From a virus, in the UHGV virus genome UHGV-1351772: a DNA stretch of 64,000 nt; one strand, 5' to 3'. Below the pieces are notes generated by a model. That model did not search any database and had not been told where the DNA came from. It saw nothing but the letters and a program-made list of their open reading frames with translations. Of this stretch, positions 53,805 to 62,413 are shown in pieces. A program made the position numbers and the translations under genes. How positions within the stretch are numbered: position 1 is the first letter of the stretch; every line of letters begins with the position of its first letter.

Positions 53805-54469
53805 GACGGATGGCCTATGTTGTTACCGATATGCATCGCTTTTAGGTACGCCGACCACGTACGCGTTGCTTTAGAACTCGTTCGCTCCGCCCCAGGCAAA
53901 TCAATACGCCCTTTACCGGTTTGGCGTAGCGACTGATAGAAAGCACGTTGTAATGCGTCGTTACCACCACGCGCCCACAAGAACTCTTTCAGCGTCCAGT
54001 CGTGACCATCGGAATACATGATGTATGCTTCTGGGAAGGACACCCCAGATGCTTTGGAAGGACCAACGACTTGACCGGAGAGCTTATCGCGGACTTTGTC
54101 GTTTTTCGCAACCGCCATTTTCTTTTCTTGCATCTGTGTCTGACGACGGACAGGCAAGCGTAAGACTAAGTGAGGGTAACGAGTACGGTGATAGACACCC
54201 GTTTTTGGTTCTGTTAACCAGAGTCGTTGCTCCAGGTTTACCCCGAGAATTTTGCACACCTCGATATTGCGCAGGTGGTCAATTTCGACTTTACTTCCCA
54301 CCGGGTTGTAAATAGGTAAACCGTTACGAAGTCGATTAAACTGTTCGTCGGTCATTCGTGCGAAGGCTTTCTTCGCGGCTTCAGCATTAATGCCAGAAGG
54401 GTCTACCAACTTTAAGATTTGTAAGGCGTAGGCTTCCGCCTTTTTACGCCGTGCTGGTTCGAGTTTCAT
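53801..54469 (-). CDS. possible RNA polymerase beta-like C-terminal fragment (222 aa)
   Basis: LTEPKTGVYHRTRYPHLVLRLP..KNDKVRDKLSGQVVGPSKASGVSFPEAYIMYSDGHDWTLKEFL aligns by eye with beta L.[44 protein letters not shown]. Confidence 0.4.
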   Translation of the reverse strand: MKLEPARRKKAEAYALQILKLVDPSGINAEAAKKAFARMTDEQFNRLRNGLPIYNPVGSKVEIDHLRNIEVCKILGVNLEQRLWLTEPKTGVYHRTRYPHLVLRLPVRRQTQMQEKKMAVAKNDKVRDKLSGQVVGPSKASGVSFPEAYIMYSDGHDWTLKEFLWARGGNDALQRAFYQSLRQTGKGRIDLPGAERTSSKATRTWSAYLKAMHIGNNIGHPS

Positions 54470-54743
54470 TGTCTACCGCCTTACGTAAATTGGATAACGT
54501 TTCTGCTTCAAGCAGGTCAATCCAGTAGCTGATAGCTTCCGTGTTTTCAGGAAGTTCGGAACGTACTGGCGCATACCCGTAACGTACTAATAGATTCGAG
54601 TAATACTCAGCGACCTTTAAACAAAAAGATTCCAGATCGGGAAACGGAAGAGTGAAGGCTTCACGAAATTCGGCCGCTGTTTCTAAATTAACACTTGCCA
54701 ATCCTTCACTTAAGCGTTCCACAATCTCCGTTTGATAACGCAT
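54444..54743 (-). CDS. hypothetical protein (99 aa)
   Basis: TAAGGAGTC RBS. Confidence 0.6.
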   Translation of the reverse strand: MRYQTEIVERLSEGLASVNLETAAEFREAFTLPFPDLESFCLKVAEYYSNLLVRYGYAPVRSELPENTEAISYWIDLLEAETLSNLRKAVDNETRTSTA

Positions 54744-54787
54744 GATGACTCCTTAGGTCGGGTAGGGTTTACCCTACCCGAGCCTAT

Positions 54788-56284
54788 TTATTTCTTTTTC
54801 GTCAGGAACTTCGGTTCTAGTCCATCGACAGCCATACCCAGAATGGTACGTGCAGTCAGTGTACGTTTACCACCTTTGGTTTCCTGGTCTTTAAACATCC
54901 AGTATTCTACCGTGTTGTCCAGAATTTCATTCCAGTCCCACTTCTCGTCAATCATTTTGTAAATCTCACCCATGCTGAGATGATACTTCATTTCAAGACG
55001 ATGGTAGTTGTTTTGCATATAAGCAATTGCCGCCGTGATCTCTAAAGCGCGACGTAAGCGTGCGTTATCAGAAATCATATCACGGATTGTCGTGCGTTGG
55101 AATTTCACACCAGGTAGAATGTCCAGTTCTTTGATGGAGCCGCCACTACCGCTTGACGTAAAACCAAAGTCTGACTTCTTCAGCGTGTCACTTAAATAGT
55201 GCCACAGGCTCAGGTGATATAACAGACCCATTTCCTGAGAGAAGATCATCTGGAATTTCACACCAGTGTGACCACCCTTCGCACGATACTGAGTAAAGGT
55301 GATAATCTTCAAGTCGTTTACCGAAGCATTCATCGCTTTAGAACGTGACGTCGGATAAAGTTCTTCGTTAACACCGGTCTGCGCGTTATAGCTCTGGTCT
55401 TTTTTCAGCTCCCCTGATTTCGTCGCGACGATAAAAGAGTTTGTTAAAAAGCTAAGCTGACGGCGAGGAATACCTGCGAATTTTAAATCGTCGTTGGCAT
55501 CGTCAAGAATTTTCGCATTTGCTTTTTGTGCCTGACGGCCACCTGCCATCGCTTTCCCAGAGTCATCGGCCATCTGTGCCACGAAGCCCATGTAAAAACC
55601 ACCACGTGCAAACGCAGACGGCCAGCGGCTCATCATATTCGATTTTTGCAGCGCATCGTGGGCGTTCAGGATGTTCTGATCAGAATCCCCAATATCCGTT
55701 TTTGCGTGCTTGTCTTCCAGCGAACTGGAATGCCACTCTGACAGGGAGTCGATAGAATAAAGCCAGGGGTCCAGGATTTCTTTTAACTTACGACGAACCG
55801 GATCGGGGAACGGTGTTACGCGGGTTTTACCAGACATATACTGTTTGAAGCGTTTTTCAACTTCATCACGAATATAATCACTGTAATACTGTTCCCCAGG
55901 CATTACGTCAGAACCGACCAGGTTATAACGACCTTCGTGGATAAGTTCCAGTACGGATGTTCCGTCGTCGATACCGTTGGCGTTCATGGCAGAGATGTAC
56001 CCAGTTTCTAAACGATCGAGGGCAGCTGACACTTCTGTATCGTACTTAGAACCCCACTCTGCTTTATAACGTTGCAGGATTTGGAAAATACAGAAATCTA
56101 ACAAGGTGGATTTAAAAGTGTTACCGCGCCCTGCGAAACCCATGATGTGGGCAAAACCACCGTTAAGGTAGTACAAACCATCTTCACCTTTTTCGTAGTT
56201 ACCTAAGGCATGATCCATGATGGTGTAAACGTTAAAACGTGGACGAATTACTTCACCGATAACTTGCTTAGTTGGGCCTGCCAT
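54788..56284 (-). CDS. UvsX/RecA-like recombinase (498 aa)
   Basis: GFAHIMGFAGRGNTFKSTLL..YDTE parallels T4 UvsX GLLILAGPSKSFKSNFG..YDSE. A later segment LYSIDSLSEW parallels VFIDSLGNL. Confidence 0.55.
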   Translation of the reverse strand: MAGPTKQVIGEVIRPRFNVYTIMDHALGNYEKGEDGLYYLNGGFAHIMGFAGRGNTFKSTLLDFCIFQILQRYKAEWGSKYDTEVSAALDRLETGYISAMNANGIDDGTSVLELIHEGRYNLVGSDVMPGEQYYSDYIRDEVEKRFKQYMSGKTRVTPFPDPVRRKLKEILDPWLYSIDSLSEWHSSSLEDKHAKTDIGDSDQNILNAHDALQKSNMMSRWPSAFARGGFYMGFVAQMADDSGKAMAGGRQAQKANAKILDDANDDLKFAGIPRRQLSFLTNSFIVATKSGELKKDQSYNAQTGVNEELYPTSRSKAMNASVNDLKIITFTQYRAKGGHTGVKFQMIFSQEMGLLYHLSLWHYLSDTLKKSDFGFTSSGSGGSIKELDILPGVKFQRTTIRDMISDNARLRRALEITAAIAYMQNNYHRLEMKYHLSMGEIYKMIDEKWDWNEILDNTVEYWMFKDQETKGGKRTLTARTILGMAVDGLEPKFLTKKK

Positions 56285-56299
56285 TTAGCGCTCCGATAA

Positions 56300-56599
56300 T
56301 TAACGATTCTTGGTCGGAAGAAGAAGACGGCGGTTGTGCCAGAATTCAAAGTAGGTCTCTACCCACTCAGTAACTTCTTCCGCATTTTCAGGATAAGGGT
56401 TTTCAATAGACTCGAAACGGCGTTTATTACGCTCGTCAATTTCCAGTTCCATAACACGTTTACCGCTCGGGCACGACGTTACGCTCAAGACTTTTCCAAC
56501 TTGAATAGGTTTACCGTTCTGACCTTTTTTAACAGGGGTCAGATAAATTTCCGGTTCTAAACGCGGTGTGGTGTTTCGAGTCAGTAATTTGATTTTCAT
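56300..56599 (-). CDS. hypothetical protein (99 aa)
   Basis: AAGGTAAAG RBS. Confidence 0.6.
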   Translation of the reverse strand: MKIKLLTRNTTPRLEPEIYLTPVKKGQNGKPIQVGKVLSVTSCPSGKRVMELEIDERNKRRFESIENPYPENAEEVTEWVETYFEFWHNRRLLLPTKNR

Positions 56600-56655
56600 C
56601 GAGCTTTACCTTTATGGAAGAGTCTCGGTCATAAGGTTTGGGTGAACTGTAAAAA

Positions 56656-56684
56656 GACTTTACTATGTAACCCTGACTTATAAT
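56656..56684 (+). promoter_or_regulatory. possible sigma70-type promoter for CDS 56698..57486
   Basis: A perfect TATAAT lies at 56679-56684, 14 nt before the ATG region. The -35 is poor (GACTTT at 17-nt spacing). Confidence 0.3.
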
Positions 56685-56697
56685 CCGAGGTTTTAGA

Positions 56698-57486
56698 ATG
56701 AATGTAAATCCACTTGCAGCGTTATCTAGCTTCGCCGCTAAAGCGTCTGCAATCTTACCGAAAGGGTTTAGTGGCCCTCAACAAGAGATTGCATTAACCA
56801 CTTATGACGAGATGTCGGACGTTTCCAAGTGGATGCAACAAGAAAAATTCCTACACTTTGCGGGAATGTTGGTTATCGTTCCACCTGGGTTTAATACCTA
56901 CGTGATGGATCACTTGAACCGCTTAGAATCTGTATGGAGTTCACTACAAAACATCTATACGGGTATTCTGCTACCGGTCGATAAACAACTTTCGGCCCTT
57001 ACACATGATGTGGGGGTACTGTCATTACCGATTGGTTTCCGTTACAAAAACGTTAATTTACCGTTACGTAATGTTAACCCGAAAGACCTGGTTAACTTAT
57101 TAGCGAAATCGTACACTAATAACGTTATTGACCAGCGACCAATTGAGAAGACGTACCACAGCGCGTCTGAGATTGACGTTGCGTTCAATCGTGCTAAAGC
57201 CCTGAACGTTGAAATTACGAAACGTTTACGGACGAATATCGACAAGTCAATCGAGTCCATTCGCACTACGTCAGAAATCTTGTCCGAACAAAACATTCAT
57301 CCGAATGTAGCAAAAGAACTGACGATGATGTTAGATTTTGCATCCGATTGGGTGGAGCTGTTTGGTCTGTTCATGAAACAGGTTAACGAGTTAATCGAAT
57401 GCCTGAACGTTACTGCCGAACGCTTAAAAGCGCTTAAGGCAAACAAAAATAAAAAAGTAAAGTTACCCCTAGACCGTGTGGTCTAG
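56698..57486 (+). CDS. hypothetical protein (262 aa)
   Basis: GAGG RBS. The stop codon is embedded in a terminator hairpin. Confidence 0.65.
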   Translation: MNVNPLAALSSFAAKASAILPKGFSGPQQEIALTTYDEMSDVSKWMQQEKFLHFAGMLVIVPPGFNTYVMDHLNRLESVWSSLQNIYTGILLPVDKQLSALTHDVGVLSLPIGFRYKNVNLPLRNVNPKDLVNLLAKSYTNNVIDQRPIEKTYHSASEIDVAFNRAKALNVEITKRLRTNIDKSIESIRTTSEILSEQNIHPNVAKELTMMLDFASDWVELFGLFMKQVNELIECLNVTAERLKALKANKNKKVKLPLDRVV

Positions 57487-57492
57487 GGGTAA
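57463..57492. terminator. bidirectional terminator between convergent genes
   Basis: 13-bp stem TTACCCCTAGACC/GGTCTAGGGGTAA. Confidence 0.8.
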
Positions 57493-57497
57493 ACTAT

Positions 57498-58397
57498 TTA
57501 TTTCCCACGATAAAATCCAGAAATGTAACTCGGCGCTATCCATCGCCATTCGCGCCAGCGCATTTCTGACATCTTACCACACCATACACGCTTCCAATGC
57601 GCACGACGGATATGTGCGGCGCAATAAATCGCCAAACAAACCTCGTGTCCTTCCTTGCGTTGCTGTTCTATATCTTCCCATTGTACCGGACTTACATCTA
57701 AAACGACTGCTTCACTACGTGGGCGAATCTCTGTATCGGGAACATAACGAATGGTCCTTCCGCGAAATTCTTTCTTCTCACGTTCAGTACGTTTAATTCG
57801 TGACGAAAGGTATAGTCCGATATAGACAGCGTCGAGTAGTCGTTGATTCTCCTTAACCGAAATAAGGAGCGGCTTTAGCTCGACGAAATCATCTTTACTT
57901 TTATCGATTTTGTAAATCTCAAACTCCATGTATACCGATTCTTCACGTTCTTCGCATGACATCACAAAGAGAACTTCTTCGCCTTCGTAAAGACGTCTTC
58001 CGATAAATAACGTGATTGGACTTTCGTCGAGATTTACAGTAACCGAGAAAGTAAATGAAGGGATGGTTTCTATCCAGAAGTACGGGATGTTTTTTAGTCT
58101 CTCAGTTTTTGCTAAGAGTGCCATCAGTTCTTCATCCGAGATGATTTCAACAGCAGCGTATTGCCATCCTAGTCCCAGGGACTGCTTAATCAGTCTGGGA
58201 ATCTGTTCGGTAACGCCATACTCTCGATAGGTCGGATCTTTAACTGGCATAAACGTTACGGGTATTTGACGTTTATGCTCGTTAATGAACCGAATAAAGC
58301 GGCACTGATCTAATCCGTGAATTGTTTGGTGTGCCTTTTCTATTTGTTCGCTCATGCGTCTTAGCGCTTTCCCGTAAAGTCTATTATTCGTTGTCAT
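57498..58397 (-). CDS. hypothetical protein (299 aa; start moved to the ATG after AGGAG), member of a tandem paralog pair
   Basis: C-terminus CAAHIRRAHWKRVWCG...WIAPSYISGF. The longer ORF-track start would overlap the upstream gene by 130 nt. Confidence 0.6.
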   Translation of the reverse strand: MTTNNRLYGKALRRMSEQIEKAHQTIHGLDQCRFIRFINEHKRQIPVTFMPVKDPTYREYGVTEQIPRLIKQSLGLGWQYAAVEIISDEELMALLAKTERLKNIPYFWIETIPSFTFSVTVNLDESPITLFIGRRLYEGEEVLFVMSCEEREESVYMEFEIYKIDKSKDDFVELKPLLISVKENQRLLDAVYIGLYLSSRIKRTEREKKEFRGRTIRYVPDTEIRPRSEAVVLDVSPVQWEDIEQQRKEGHEVCLAIYCAAHIRRAHWKRVWCGKMSEMRWREWRWIAPSYISGFYRGK

Positions 58398-58422
58398 TTT
58401 AATACTCCTAAACACTTTTAGC

Positions 58423-59349
58423 TTAATTGTGGGGTACGTAGCCACGGACAAATGTAGGTGGAATCCAACAAAGTTTTCTCTTTCTTTCACCATTTCTAGG
58501 GCCGACCCAATATCTGCGCCAGTGAGCGCGACGGATGTGGGCAGCCTTAGCATGTTTGATACCCTGCATGGTTTTCAAGTCAGTGTTAAACCCTTTTAGA
58601 TAATTCACTTGTCCTGGCGTGATATCTATCTTAACATCGCGTTCACGAGGTTTAACGTCGTAGCTAATACTACCGTTCTTTTTGATTTCTTTGAACTTAA
58701 TATCATTAAAAGACTCCCTGTAATTGGGCGGGATTAGCGTACACAGAAATATCATCGAAGTAGCGGCTTTGGCCAGAGATAACCATAGCATCTTTTCTTG
58801 TTCGTTCTCCACACCGTCGGCATAGTCGATTTCCACAAGCCCGTTTCCTGCGCTACGAAGCTCTAACGAACAAGTGGCAATTGTGGTAACGCCTTCTGTT
58901 AACCCGTAATCAGTATTTGTAGCAATTATAATAAACCTTCTCTTCCCGTTTTTTCGATAGCCGAGAAAGAAAGTCTCATCCTCTTTACCTACGTCGATTG
59001 CTACAGTCCAAGTAGGTATAAAGTCCAACCATTCTTCAGGGAATTTACTGGGCATCTCAGTCTCGAAAACAAGTTCTCTAAGTGCTTGGTTGGATATTAA
59101 GGAAGCACCACCGTATAGCCATCCAATTGCCAATGTTTGAGCGTGAAGGGAACGGGGATCTTTGAGACCTAACTCAGCGTCGTAAGGTATAAAGGCATTG
59201 GTTAAATGGTTACGATTCTTTTTTATCCATTTCGAGACAGGATTTTCCTTTATTCGGTTTTCTTCCATGACATTTTCAAGATGCTGAGACCCCATTTGTC
59301 TAAGGCAGTCTTTAATACCTTTTACTTTTTTACTTTTGTACAAATACAT
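58423..59349 (-). CDS. hypothetical protein (308 aa), member of a tandem paralog pair
   Basis: C-terminus KAAHIRRAHWRRYWVG...WIPPTFVRGY. AGGAGAATAAACC-ATG. Confidence 0.65.
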   Translation of the reverse strand: MYLYKSKKVKGIKDCLRQMGSQHLENVMEENRIKENPVSKWIKKNRNHLTNAFIPYDAELGLKDPRSLHAQTLAIGWLYGGASLISNQALRELVFETEMPSKFPEEWLDFIPTWTVAIDVGKEDETFFLGYRKNGKRRFIIIATNTDYGLTEGVTTIATCSLELRSAGNGLVEIDYADGVENEQEKMLWLSLAKAATSMIFLCTLIPPNYRESFNDIKFKEIKKNGSISYDVKPRERDVKIDITPGQVNYLKGFNTDLKTMQGIKHAKAAHIRRAHWRRYWVGPRNGERKRKLCWIPPTFVRGYVPHN

Positions 59350-59384
59350 GGTTTATTCTCCTAAAATGGTTAAAAATAAAGTAA

Positions 59385-59402
59385 CCCTAGCCGAAGCTAG
59401 GG
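59385..59402 (-). terminator. rho-independent terminator after CDS 59409..59894
   Basis: CCCTAGC-CGAA-GCTAGGG followed on the minus strand by TTACTTTATTTTT. Confidence 0.8.
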
Positions 59403-59408
59403 TGTCTA

Positions 59409-59894
59409 TTAATCGATTTGGACGTAGTTCGGATAATTGGCTTTTAACCACTCCCACAACTGATATGCAAGTTGACTTTGATCGGCACTGATAAGAGCTA
59501 CTATTTCAAGATAAACGCTTTCATTACTCCAAATCTGGCTATAAAAGCGTCGCCATTCAGGAGCAGTGTAGGGTACTATTACGTCAGGCATGTACCCGTT
59601 GTGCCAGCCATTAACTATCGAACGTAGGGTTTCGATACGGATGTCGTAAAACCGACGTCTGATAGAAGTCCATGTAATAGGCCCTGGCTGATCGAAGAAA
59701 TTGTCCAGATTCATTAGTAATGTCGCACGATATCTCGCAACGATAACGCCAGCTGCCTGTGAAGCTATCCAAACAGCGTCCACTGTTTTTGGAGCTAACA
59801 AGTTACGTATCGACTGTTCCATGCGATCGCAGTGGTTCAGAAACTCATGGACAATGTCGCTATTAGAGAGATTGATAATTGCATTTACGTTCAT
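59409..59894 (-). CDS. hypothetical protein (161 aa)
   Basis: Part of a tightly packed run of five small ORFs. Confidence 0.6.
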   Translation of the reverse strand: MNVNAIINLSNSDIVHEFLNHCDRMEQSIRNLLAPKTVDAVWIASQAAGVIVARYRATLLMNLDNFFDQPGPITWTSIRRRFYDIRIETLRSIVNGWHNGYMPDVIVPYTAPEWRRFYSQIWSNESVYLEIVALISADQSQLAYQLWEWLKANYPNYVQID

Positions 59895-59895
59895 T

Positions 59896-60420
59896 TTATT
59901 GTCCTAAAATTGGGGAGAGTTTGTCTGCGGTGTTTAACAACGCTTTTGTAATTTCGTGGTTGGTCTCTTTTAGGATGGCGCAACAGAGAGTGGTATAAAC
60001 CTCGATTGCTAACGCGATTTCTTGTTCAGTCAGGCACGGTTCGGTACCGTCAATCCCGTAACGTTGCGCCGCATATTCAATTTCAAGTTTCAAACGTTTT
60101 CGTAGTGCCTCATCGTTAGTTAAACGCGTACACGCCCGATCGAAACGTCTATTGTAAGCCTCGATCTTGTGGACAATTTCGCGTCGCAGTTGGTCGACAT
60201 TTACGTTATCATCAAGAGTGATGGTGACGTTGTCAACTAAACAGTAATGTACTGTGTGTCGTAAGTTGTGTAATGTGGCGACAGTAACGACCCGCTCCTG
60301 ATGGTCGCTAAAGCCATGAGCACCACAGAGCTTGCGTGCAACCGCGCCAGAGATTTTCTCCTCTAACGCTATCGGCGTGGCAATGGTTGTTTTCTTACGA
60401 AGCTGAATTAAAATATCCAC
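59896..60420 (-). CDS. hypothetical protein (174 aa)
   Basis: GTG start after CCTAAAGGAGTATAATC. Confidence 0.6.
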   Translation of the reverse strand: MDILIQLRKKTTIATPIALEEKISGAVARKLCGAHGFSDHQERVVTVATLHNLRHTVHYCLVDNVTITLDDNVNVDQLRREIVHKIEAYNRRFDRACTRLTNDEALRKRLKLEIEYAAQRYGIDGTEPCLTEQEIALAIEVYTTLCCAILKETNHEITKALLNTADKLSPILGQ

Positions 60421-60422
60421 GA

Positions 60423-60965
60423 TTATACTCCTTTAGGTTGACCGTATTTTGATGACAGGTAGATGAGCTCGGCATGGCAGATTTTCTCAACTAACCCGAG
60501 TGTTTCAAGGAAAATATCCCGGATACGGGACATTGTTTCGTTGGTAAGAATATCGCTCCAACACGTTGTGTCTATTATATCCGTCGTTGAAGATTGCCGC
60601 TGCAATATGGCGACATACACTTCGTCGAGGGTATCTGGAGCATTATTCTGTAAGTAATGCGCGGCATGTAGAAAGGCTTTCTCAAGAATCAGGTGAATAT
60701 CCGTATCGGGATCAGTTACCCGCACCAAATGTGGGTATGTCATGGCCGAATGGATTTTTCGCTCTAACTGTTCAATGAGATTATTCACCATCGCTTCTGA
60801 ATCCAGGATAGTAATTTCGACCCCACTGTGTTCTTCAGAAATCTTGTTCTCATGTACTGCTATCGCGTCGTGCAGTTCAAACGCAACGCGGCTACGCATC
60901 CCACTTAACAGTTTGTTTAATTTACCCCGTGACTCGCTGAGTGAGAAATCGATAAGTATTTTCAT
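60423..60965 (-). CDS. hypothetical protein (180 aa)
   Basis: 1-nt overlap with the upstream gene. Confidence 0.6.
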   Translation of the reverse strand: MKILIDFSLSESRGKLNKLLSGMRSRVAFELHDAIAVHENKISEEHSGVEITILDSEAMVNNLIEQLERKIHSAMTYPHLVRVTDPDTDIHLILEKAFLHAAHYLQNNAPDTLDEVYVAILQRQSSTTDIIDTTCWSDILTNETMSRIRDIFLETLGLVEKICHAELIYLSSKYGQPKGV

Positions 60966-61708
60966 TATGCATATTCCTGATAAATTGCCCGACCCCGATC
61001 TTCTCGAATCTGGCAGTAAGTTACAACAGCACCATTAGGGATTTGTGCTCCGCTGTCTTCAAGGTAAATAACGCCCGTAGCTTCACAGAGATAAAACGAC
61101 CACAATCGTGAGATACCAAGCCGTGCGTTCTCGTAGTCACTGAATGGCCAGAAACCACAGTGAAGCTCAACATAGTCTCCACGTTCTATCCCGTAAGCAA
61201 TCAATTCTTTTTCCCACAACGTACATTCGGCGTCGTAAATCGAAAACCAGAAACCAACGAGGTTCTTTGTTTGTTTAACGTTGAGCAAGTCGTTATAAAT
61301 GGGGAAGAGTGCTTTATTGAAACTTTCTAACATCTCTGGAGAGAATAGAAAATTCATGTAGTATTCTAGCCATTGATAAACGGCCTCCCAGACATCTTCA
61401 GAAGAGAAATGTTCGAATACAGCGTCATCGCAATCGTAGTTATCGAAGATCCCTGAGAGATCTATTTCGACTACGCCGCGAAGGTCAAAGTTTCGGTTGG
61501 TATTGACAGCCTCGATAACTTCGGAGATGAGACGAGTAAAGACGATTGTGCAAGCCGTCTGTGCGGTATAAAAGAATTCTCCTTGTACGGTTGACCACTT
61601 CGGGTCCTTCAAGTGTTCATTGAAGTATTGTGGCCAAATTTTATAAAAGATTCCCTCGAACAACGAGGGATTGATACGTTGTAATTGAGGGACATAAACT
61701 TTTAGCAT
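60965..61708 (-). CDS. hypothetical protein (247 aa)
   Basis: TGGAG RBS. The promoter-like motif lies 19 nt upstream. Confidence 0.6.
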   Translation of the reverse strand: MLKVYVPQLQRINPSLFEGIFYKIWPQYFNEHLKDPKWSTVQGEFFYTAQTACTIVFTRLISEVIEAVNTNRNFDLRGVVEIDLSGIFDNYDCDDAVFEHFSSEDVWEAVYQWLEYYMNFLFSPEMLESFNKALFPIYNDLLNVKQTKNLVGFWFSIYDAECTLWEKELIAYGIERGDYVELHCGFWPFSDYENARLGISRLWSFYLCEATGVIYLEDSGAQIPNGAVVTYCQIREDRGRAIYQEYA

Positions 61709-61727
61709 TTTAATAACTCCAATGGTG

Positions 61728-61753
61728 TTACACCTGGATAATATCTATCTAAG
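61728..61753 (-). promoter_or_regulatory. recurring promoter-like motif (minus-strand reading CTTAGATAGATATTATCCAGGTGTAA)
   Basis: Exact GATAATATCTATC core. It overlaps the stop codon of the upstream gene. Confidence 0.5.
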
Positions 61754-62413
61754 AATATTTTTAGCGAAAAAAGGATCGACTGTAAACTCCCTCACCTGTG
61801 AGTCATAACCCGAATGTATCTGATCGCTACTGAGCAAATACCCGTCTAAATCGTGTGGAAGAATCCAAGAATCGCCTTGTTTAAAAATACCATAATCTGT
61901 TGTTCCAGAGGAAAAAACGATTTCCTCTGGAGACGAATAGATGTGGCGTAAGGCAAGATCTGACGGCTTTAACACGATTAATCGAACGGGATGTTGACTG
62001 ACTGCCTCTTTAATAAACTGTTCACGATTAAACCAAATTATTTTTTCGGGGTAAGTTTCGAATTCAGCCCATGTCCGCGTGATAACTAATTTGGAAATCT
62101 TTCTCAATTCTTCAGAATGCTCTGCGTAGCCGATACACTCCTTGCGCACTTCATGATTTTCTACCGATGCTGTGAATTTTTGGAATAGGTGTTGTTGGAA
62201 AAAGCCGTTCTCCGGGATATCACAACCCGCGTTGTATAGTGCAATGATCTCCCACAACAACGAAAGAGAAAACACAAATGCTAACTTTTCCACAACTTCC
62301 CAATCTTCGGAGTAAGGGGCTTTAAAGCCCCAATACTGCCGTGCGTTATACATAAAGTGAGTTTGTAAAAACCGAGGGGCTTTTGACAAGACCTCACTAT
62401 AAACGATCAGCAT
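61745..62413 (-). CDS. hypothetical protein (222 aa)
   Basis: 7-nt overlap with the RNase H fusion gene. Confidence 0.6.
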   Translation of the reverse strand: MLIVYSEVLSKAPRFLQTHFMYNARQYWGFKAPYSEDWEVVEKLAFVFSLSLLWEIIALYNAGCDIPENGFFQQHLFQKFTASVENHEVRKECIGYAEHSEELRKISKLVITRTWAEFETYPEKIIWFNREQFIKEAVSQHPVRLIVLKPSDLALRHIYSSPEEIVFSSGTTDYGIFKQGDSWILPHDLDGYLLSSDQIHSGYDSQVREFTVDPFFAKNILR

